Positions 7,000 to 15,600 of a DNA stretch of 32,000 nucleotides are shown here, piece by piece. This stretch comes from Geobacter metallireducens GS-15 (GTDB taxonomy: Bacteria > Desulfobacterota > Desulfuromonadia > Geobacterales > Geobacteraceae), in assembly GCF_000012925.1 (NCBI RefSeq), contig NC_007517.1, forward strand, positions 1,020,001-1,052,000, in the 5' to 3' direction. The notes under the pieces are model-generated. The model saw only the letters and a program-made list of their open reading frames with translations, was not told the origin of the DNA and did not search any database. The translations under genes were made by a program, and so were the position numbers. How positions within the stretch are numbered: position 1 is the stretch's first letter; the number at the start of each line of letters is the position of its first letter.

Positions 7000-8502
7000 A
7001 TGAACATACTACGCACCCTTCTTGTCGCTGTTATGGGGGCGATGCTTTGCTTACCACTTGATTCGTTTGCTGCCACGAAGAAGGTGATCGTCGGATTCAC
7101 TCGCGCGCCAAAAGATCATGAAAAAAATCTGGTGTATGGCGCAAGAGGCCGAATCCACCGGACTCACCAGCACATCCGTGCCATTTCCGCGGAACTTCCC
7201 GAGGAAGAGATAGCGCGTCTGAAGCAGGACCCTTCGGTTGCTTATGTTGTTGATAATATTAAATTTACTCTGATTCGACCGGCAGAGCCGCTCAGTGTCC
7301 CGTCACCCGAATATGTGGATTCGTGGGGTGTTCTGCGGATCGGCTCCAATGTTGCCGCCTCCCGTGGATATAAAGGGGCGGGAATCAAGGTCGCCATTGT
7401 TGACTCCGGAATTGACTACAACCATCCCGACCTCAAGGACAACTATCGGGGTGGATACAATTTTGTAAACAATACAGCAGATCCCTTTGACGACGATGCC
7501 CAGAGCCATGGAACCCATGTGGCGGGGATCATCGCGGCCCGGGACAACGGCACCGGCGTTGTCGGTGTGGCGCCGGAAGCATCCCTCTACGCGGTAAAGG
7601 TCTTCAGTGCCACCGCCGGGGGGGACATGGATACCGTCGTTGCCGGGATTGAGTGGGCCATTGACAACAAGATGGATGTGATCAACCTCAGCATCGGGTA
7701 TTCCGGCGACATCTATTCCATCTATCCCGACATTTTCAAGCCTCTCAAGGATGTCTGCGACCGGGCCTACCAGGCAGGCATCGTTCTGGTTGCGGCAACA
7801 GGAAACGACAACCGGGAAACTATTTCCGTTCCGGCGGCGTTCGATTCCGTCATTGCCGTTGCGGCCACTGACCAGAATGACCAGCGTGCCGTCTTTAACA
7901 CTGTCGCTGCATCCAGTTATGGTGCAAAAGTGGAACTGGCCGCGCCGGGCACCTATATCAAATCCACGGTCAGCGGTGGTGGATACGCACTCCTGAGCGG
8001 CACTTCCCAGGCCTCACCCCATGTTGCTGGAGCGGCTGCGGTTCTTCTTTCCAGCGGCATTGCCGACGCAAACGGTAACGGCAGTCGTGCCGACGAGGTA
8101 CGGGCAAGGCTGGACGCAACCGCCAAGGATTTGGGGGATCCAGGGCGTGACAAGTACTTCGGCTGGGGGTTGGTTGACCTTTCTGCGTCTACGGACCAGA
8201 CCTACAAGTTACATATCGAGAAGAAAAAAGGCATGCCGAAGCTCAGCACACAATCCATAACCCTCGACAAGGGGAGCTATTCGTTGCAGGTCAGGAATAA
8301 CGGCTTGGAGCGGCTGGCGGTAAAGTCTGTCGTTGGAAGCTGCAAGGAATTCGAGCGGGTCTTTGCCACCGGCTTCACATCTCCTCTTGAGGAACTGAAT
8401 GCCAGTGTGACTCTCGATGGCTCTCAAACGACGCTTGTTTTTACCCCGTCCGGTGACATTGGTTCCTCAGCTGACATCACCATCACGAAACTCGCCCGGT
8501 AA
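7000..8502 (+). CDS. ozpA: Secreted subtilisin-family (S8) serine protease with I9-like propeptide and a ~100-aa C-terminal extension; OzpA-like
   Basis: ATG at 7000 is preceded by AAGAGG with a 6-nt spacer; the ORF-track TTG at 6982 is an extension. Signal peptide MNILRTLLVAVMGAMLCLPLDSFA. Catalytic triad contexts VAIVDSGID (Asp), HGTHVAGIIAA (His) and SGTSQASPHVAGAAA (Ser), with oxyanion Asn in AATGND. The symbol is assigned by synteny with the OmcZ-like gene. Confidence 0.85.
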   Translation: MNILRTLLVAVMGAMLCLPLDSFAATKKVIVGFTRAPKDHEKNLVYGARGRIHRTHQHIRAISAELPEEEIARLKQDPSVAYVVDNIKFTLIRPAEPLSVPSPEYVDSWGVLRIGSNVAASRGYKGAGIKVAIVDSGIDYNHPDLKDNYRGGYNFVNNTADPFDDDAQSHGTHVAGIIAARDNGTGVVGVAPEASLYAVKVFSATAGGDMDTVVAGIEWAIDNKMDVINLSIGYSGDIYSIYPDIFKPLKDVCDRAYQAGIVLVAATGNDNRETISVPAAFDSVIAVAATDQNDQRAVFNTVAASSYGAKVELAAPGTYIKSTVSGGGYALLSGTSQASPHVAGAAAVLLSSGIADANGNGSRADEVRARLDATAKDLGDPGRDKYFGWGLVDLSASTDQTYKLHIEKKKGMPKLSTQSITLDKGSYSLQVRNNGLERLAVKSVVGSCKEFERVFATGFTSPLEELNASVTLDGSQTTLVFTPSGDIGSSADITITKLAR

Positions 8503-8523
8503 CGGGTGACGCATAGAGGAAAA

Positions 8524-9516
8524 ATGAGATTAAATCGTTCGCTAACATTTGGATTATTCCTTTTGGGAGTGATGTTCACTCTTCATCTGCTTCAGACGCC
8601 TGTCTCCGCGGATGAGGTGAATAAAACCGGGAAAGTAGTAGCCCGGGTCAATGGGGTTCCGATCTACGAGAATGCTTTGCAGTCGCACCTTGCCGCATTG
8701 GCTAATAAGGGAAGAGCTTCCGGATTCGCGCGTGATCCAGCAAAGATGAACGACTACCAAAAGAAAAAAGCACTCTATTCCCTCATTGATGCAGAACTGC
8801 TTCGCCAGGCAAGCAACCAGCAGCAAGTTACCGACCTTGACGCCAAGGTGAGCAAGCGGTTACAGGAAGTTAAAGGGAAGTTTCCCGACGAAGAGGCGTT
8901 TCTCAAAAATCTCCAGGCCAGAGGGAAGACCCTCGACATCTTTGTGGCTGAACTTCGGGACGGGATTCGCTACGACGAATATCTTACGAGCAAGAAGGTC
9001 ATTGGCGTTCCGGTTCCCGATGAGGAGATCCAGAAGTTCTACCGCGACAATCCGACGAGCTTCAGTGTTCCGGAGCAGATCAAGGTCAGACATATTCTGA
9101 TCGAGCCCGATGGTAGCACCGCTGAGGCTGTTGCCAAGGCCGAAAAGAAGGCCGGTGAAATCCGTAATCGGGTTGTCAGGGATAAGGACTTTGCCGCAGT
9201 TGCCAAGGAGGTATCGGCGTGCTCCACCGCTTCGTCCGGTGGGGATCTGGGCTATGTTTCGCGAGGAACCATGCCCGCTGAGTTCGATAAGGTCGCCTTT
9301 TCACTCAAGCTCAATGAGGTGAGCGAACCGGTCAGGACTAAATTTGGTTTCCACATTATGGAAGTTTTGGATAAAAAGCCGGTGACGGTACGGCCGTACT
9401 CGGAAGTTCGAGAGTTCATTTCCCGCTACCTGCAACGTTTCGACGATGAAAAACGTTTGAATGCACACACGCTGGAGTTGCGGAAGAAAGCAACCATCGA
9501 GGTTCTGCTCGATTGA
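8524..9516 (+). CDS. Exported SurA/PrsA-like peptidyl-prolyl cis-trans isomerase (single parvulin/PpiC domain)
   Basis: ATG at 8524 follows GAGGA; GTG at 8506 is an alternative start. N-terminal signal/anchor LTFGLFLLGVMFTLHLL. A SurA-N-like helical region precedes a parvulin domain (IKVRHILI...GGDLGYVSRGTMPAEFDKVAF...KFGFHIMEV). The gene starts only 21 nt after the protease stop. Confidence 0.88.
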   Translation: MRLNRSLTFGLFLLGVMFTLHLLQTPVSADEVNKTGKVVARVNGVPIYENALQSHLAALANKGRASGFARDPAKMNDYQKKKALYSLIDAELLRQASNQQQVTDLDAKVSKRLQEVKGKFPDEEAFLKNLQARGKTLDIFVAELRDGIRYDEYLTSKKVIGVPVPDEEIQKFYRDNPTSFSVPEQIKVRHILIEPDGSTAEAVAKAEKKAGEIRNRVVRDKDFAAVAKEVSACSTASSGGDLGYVSRGTMPAEFDKVAFSLKLNEVSEPVRTKFGFHIMEVLDKKPVTVRPYSEVREFISRYLQRFDDEKRLNAHTLELRKKATIEVLLD

Positions 9517-9620
9517 AAGGGTGTGCGGAACGCAGTACGGCACTAAACAAAGTCAGTCGTCTATAGTCGTATTTTTGTTCAAGCTTTTATTAGGAATTGA
9601 AAGGGAGAAGGTACTCGGTC

Positions 9621-12600
9621 ATGGGCATTGCTCGAAAAATCAAATGGGTATTCGTGACACTCTGCCTCCTGCTGGTAACGGCGCTCACCTCATCAGCCTA
9701 TGCTGCTGACTGGAACCTTACCAGTGGGAATTCAACGGTAACGCTTAATGACTCCGCAATGCCCGGAACTAGTCCCGGCGTTTATTCCTGGCTATTAGAC
9801 AACGTTGAACGGATAAGTCAGCAGGCGTTCTACTACAGGATCGGGACGACATCGCCCGAGGTCAGCGTGAGTGGTGACACTCTTGATGCCACTGCTCCTT
9901 TCACTGTTGCTGCCAGCAACCAGACCGCTTCCTCAGTAACCCTGACGTTTACCGAAAAAGCCGGAAGGTTCTCGATTGCCGTCACCTATGAGTTGATTGG
10001 CGGAACCACTGGTCGCTCGACGCTTAACAAGAAGGTGGTCGTTACCAACCTCACGGCGGCTCCTCTTGACCTCCATCTTTTCAGCTATTCGGATTACGAC
10101 CTCAAGACTGGCGCCTATAATTTCGAGAATGCCTCAATTGTCAACGGCAAGGCGTATCAGTCCAGTTTTACTAACACCACCGACACGGTCGGTAACGGGG
10201 CGACTTTTGTTGAACGTGCAACAGTGCCTCCCAGTCGCGTCGGTATCGATAACGCCCAGTTCCTGGGCTCCCTGGCAAACGGGGCCACACCATACAACCT
10301 CGACAATTTTTCCGGACCGTTCCCCTCCAATGGTGACTCCCAGTTCGCCTTCCAATGGGATCTGACCGTAGACCCCAAGACACCGACTTCATTTACGATT
10401 ACAGACGACTTTTACCCGACCAAGGCCCTCTATCTCTCAAAAGCCTCCACGCCCAGCACCTGTGTAAACTATGGTCAGACCTTCACGAACACCTATGCGT
10501 TTGACAACACACGAAACCTTGCCACTCCTGCCGATAACACCCTCATCAGAGAGAAGCTGGCCCGCGACATCTCTCTCTCGTTAGCGACCGACGGCGGGGC
10601 CTACAACGCGACAACCGGCTCCGTCGATTGGAAGATTCTCCAGATGGCGGCCGGTGCAGCGCAGCAGACGGTCCAGGGGACCTATACCGTCAACTCCGCC
10701 GCCGATTTCACAATGACGTCCCAGATAGTCAGCGACGAGACATTCCCCACGAGCGTGAGTGCCAAGCTGACTCTCTGTAATCACCCCCCTTCAATTTCTT
10801 CCTTTCCGGGCAAGAACGGCACCGAAGGCCAGGCATACAGTTACCAGGTGATAGCCACTGATTCCGACCCGGGGACCACGCTAAGCTACTCCCTTGATGT
10901 CGCTCCTGCCGGGATGACGATCAATTCAAGCGGCCTTATCACGTGGACTCCTACGTCTGCCCAGACCGGTAATAACACGATAACCGTCCGGGTGAGTGAT
11001 GGTACTCTGGCCGCTACCCAGACCTATACGCTCTTCATTGCCTATGTAAACGCCGCACCGTCCATCACCTCTTCTCCGGTGACGAGTGCTTACGTCGGGG
11101 TTTCCTATCCTTACACCGTGGTCGCAACCGACCCGAACCTCAAACAGGGTGACAAGCTCACCTTCGGATTGCCGGCTGCCCCCAGCGGGATGACCATTAA
11201 TTCGACCACCGGTGTTATTTCCTGGACACCGGATGCGACGCAGGTCGGCCCCCAGAATGTTGTCGTTCAAGTTACGGATAACGGCTATCTCTTCGTCCAA
11301 CAAAGCTTCACGGTAACCGTCAGCGCGACAACCAAGCAGACCCCTGTCATCACGTGGACAGCGCCTGCCGCGATCACCTACGGGACCGCGCTTGGCGTGA
11401 CGCAATTGAACGCCACAGCCAACGTCCCCGGCACCTACGCCTACACCCCGGCCTCCGGCGCCGTCCTTAACGCCGGGAGCCAGACCCTGTCGGTCACCTT
11501 CACGCCAACCGATACGACCACCTACACCACGGCCACCGCGACCACCACCCTCACGGTGAACAAGGCCACCCCGACCATTACGTGGGCGACGCCGGCCTCT
11601 GTTCCCGTCGGCACGGCGCTTTCCTCGACTCAACTGAACGCCACGGCCAGCACGGTCGGCAGCTTCACCTACACCCCAGTCTCCGGGACGGTGCTGACCA
11701 CCGCTGGAGTCCAGACGCTGTCCGCCACTTTCACCCCGACCGACACCACAAACTACAACGGCGCCTCAGCGAGTGTGAACCTCTCGGTAGTTGCCAAACA
11801 GGTACCGACCATCACGTGGGCAGCGCCTGCGGCGATCACCTACGGGACCGCGCTCAGCGCCGCGCAGCTGAACGCCACGGCCGGTGTCCCCGGCACCTAC
11901 ACCTACACCCCGGCCGTCGGCACGGTACTTAACGCCGGCACCCAGAGCCTGTCGGTCACCTTCACGCCGACCGATACGACCATCTACACCCCGGCTACCG
12001 CGACCGTCAGCCTCACGGTGAACAAGGCCAGCCAGACGGTCAGCTTCACCTCGACCATTCCGACGAGTCCCGCGTTTGGTGGCACCTACACCCCGGCAGC
12101 CACCGCGACCTCCGGGCTCGCCGTAGCCATCACCCTTGATGCCGCCAGCACCGGCTGCACACTCGCCTCCGGCGTAGTAACCTTCACCGGGGCCGGCACC
12201 TGCGTGATCGACGCCAACCAGGCAGGCACCACCAACTACAACGCCGCAGCCCAGGTACAGCAGAGCATCGGCATCGGCAAAGGCGCTTCGACCATAACCG
12301 TGACCGGCGCCACCAGCTTCACCTACACCGGCGCCCCGCAGGGTCCGGGCACTGCCACCGTGACCGGCTCGACCGGCGCGGTGACCTACAGCTACGCCGG
12401 GACCGGAACCACCACCTATCCCGCAAGCGCCACCAAACCGACCAATGCCGGTAGCTACACCGTAACCGCCACCGTAGCGGCTGACGCCAACTACAACGGC
12501 GCCTCCTCCTCCGCCACGGCATTCACCATCACCAAGGCCGCTGCCACCGTGACCCTCGGCAACCTTACCGCCACCTATGACGGCACTGCCAAGGCCGCTA

Positions 12601-15600
12601 CCGCTACCACCATCCCGAACGGGCTGACCGTGGCAATCACCTACGCCGGCGGCACCACCGCACCGACCGCGGCCGGTTCCTACGCCGTAGTTGCCACCGT
12701 TAACGACGCCAACTACACCGGCAGCGCTACGGGCACCCTGAACATCGCCAAGGCCAGCCAGACGGTCAGCTTCACCTCGACCATTCCGGCGAGTCCCGCG
12801 ATAGGCGGCACCTACACCCCGGCAGCAACCGCGACCTCCGGGCTCGCCGTAGCCATCACCCTTGATGCCGCCAGCACCGGCTGCACACTCGCCTCCGGCG
12901 TAGTGACCTTCACCGGGGCCGGCACCTGCGTGATCGACGCCAACCAGGCGGGCACCACCAACTACAACGCCGCAGCCCAGGTACAGCAGAGCATCGGCAT
13001 CGGCAAAGGCGCTTCGACCGTAACCGTGACCGGCGCCACCAGCTTCACCTACACCGGCGCCCCGCAGGGTCCGGGCACTGCCACCGTGACCGGCTCGACC
13101 GGCGCGGTGACCTACAGCTACGCCGGGACCGGAGCCACTACCTATCCCGCAAGCGCCACCAAACCGACCAATGCCGGTAGCTACACCGTAACCGCCACCG
13201 TAGCGGCTGACGCCAACTACAACGGCACCTCCTCCTCCGCCACGGCATTCACCATCACCAAGGCCGCTGCCACCGTGACCCTCGGCAACCTTACCGCCAC
13301 CTATGACGGCACTGCCAAGGCCGCTACCGCTACCACCATCCCGAACGGGCTGATCGTGGCTATCACCTACGCCGGCGGCACCACCGCACCGACCGCGGCC
13401 GGTTCCTACGCCGTAGTTGCCACCGTTAACGACGCCAACTACACCGGTAGCGCCACGGGTACCCTGGTTATTGCCAAGGCGACGTCTACCATCACTTGGG
13501 CCACGCCGACCGCCGTTCCCGTCGGCACTGCCCTCAGCAGCACCCAACTGAACGCCACAGCCAATACTGCCGGTACTTTCACCTACACCCCAGCTGCCGG
13601 GACGGTCATGAACACCGTCGGGACCCAGGCCCTGTCCGTCTCCTTTACACCGACAGACAGCACGAACTACACCAGCGCCACGGCGAGCGTGAGTCTCTCG
13701 GTAGTTGCCAAGCAGGTACCGACCATCACGTGGGCAGCGCCTGCGGCGATCGCCTATGGCACAGCCCTTGACGCCACCCAACTGAACGCTACCGCCAACG
13801 TAGCGGGTACCTTCGTCTACACTCCGGCCGCCGGCACCGTGCTTAACGCCGGCAGCCAGACCCTGTCGGTCACCTTCACGCCGACCGACACTGCCACGTA
13901 CACCACGGCCACCAAGACCGTCAGCCTCACGGTGAACAAGGCCAGCGCCACCATAACTCTCTCAGGGCTCAGCGCCACCTACGACGGCACCACCAAGGCC
14001 GCAACCGCCACAACCAGCCCTGCCGGAGTAGCAGTATCCCTAACCTATAAGAACGGTAAAACCACGGTAACCAGCCCGACAGCGGCAGGAAGCTACAGCG
14101 TAACCGCCACCGTCACCGACCCGAATTACACCGGTAGCGCCACGGGTACCCTGGTTATTGCCAAAGCGACGTCTACCATCACCTGGGCTACGCCGACTGC
14201 CGTTCCCGTCGGCACTGCCCTCAACGACACCCAACTGAACGCCACAGCCAATACTGCCGGCACCTTCAGCTACACCCCGGCTGCCGGGACGGTTGTGAAC
14301 ACAGCCGGGACCCAGACGCTGTCCGTCTCCTTCACGCCGACCGACAGCACGAACTACACCAGCGCCACAGCGAGCGTGAGCCTCTCGGTAGTTGCCAAGC
14401 AGGTACCGACCATCACGTGGGCAGCGCCTGCGGCGATCGCCTATGGCACAGCGCTTGACATCAATCAACTGAACGCCACGGCCAACGTTGCCGGTACCTT
14501 TGCCTATACCCCGGCCTCCGGCACCGTGCTTAACGCCGGCAGCCAGACCCTGTCGGTCACCTTCACGCCGACCGACACCGCCACGTACACCACGGCCACC
14601 AAGACCGTCACCCTGACGGTGAACCCGGCCAGCGCCACGGTAACCCTCGCAGGCCTTACCGCCACCTATGACGGCAGCGCCAAGGCCGTCACCGCTACCA
14701 CCAACCCTGCGGGCAAGGCCGTCACCATCACCTACGCCGGCAGCGCCACCGCGCCGACCGCAGCCGGTTCCTACGCCGTAGTTGCCACCGTCACCGACCC
14801 GAATTACACCGGTAGCGCCACGGGTACCCTGGTTATTGCCAAAGCGACGTCTACCATCACCTGGGCTACGCCGACTGCCGTTCCCGTCGGCACTGCCCTC
14901 AACGACACCCAACTGAACGCCACAGCCAATACTGCCGGCACCTTCAGCTACACCCCGGCTGCCGGGACGGTTGTGAACACAGCCGGGACCCAGACGCTGT
15001 CCGTCTCCTTCACGCCGACCGACAGCACGAACTACACCAGCGCCACAGCGAGCGTGAGCCTCTCGGTAGTTGCCAAGCAGGTACCGACCATCACGTGGGC
15101 AGCGCCTGCGGCGATCGCCTATGGCACAGCGCTTGACATCAATCAACTGAACGCCACGGCCAACGTTGCCGGTACCTTTGCCTATACCCCGGCCTCCGGC
15201 ACCGTGCTTAACGCCGGCAGCCAGACCCTGTCGGTCACCTTCACGCCGACCGACACCGCCACGTACACCACGGCCACCAAGACCGTCACCCTGACGGTGA
15301 ACCCGGCCAGCGCCACGGTAACCCTCGCAGGCCTTACCGCCACCTATGACGGCAGCGCCAAGGCCGTCACCGCTACCACCAACCCTGCGGGCAAGGCCGT
15401 CACCATCACCTACGCCGGCAGCGCCACCGCGCCGACCGCAGCCGGTTCCTACGCCGTAGTTGCCACCGTCACCGACGCCAACTACACCGGTAGCGCCACG
15501 GGTACCCTGGTTATTGCCAAAGCGACGTCTACCATCACCTGGGCCACGCCGACTGCCGTTCCCGTCGGCACTGCCCTCAACGACACCCAACTGAACGCCA

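Noticed and set aside
9517-9620. Possible terminator or promoter between the PPIase gene and the giant gene
   Set aside because: Only a 4-bp GTGC/GCAC complementarity and a T-rich stretch (gtatttttgttc) are present. No stable hairpin or well-spaced -35/-10 pair could be found. Whether the giant gene has its own promoter is left open.
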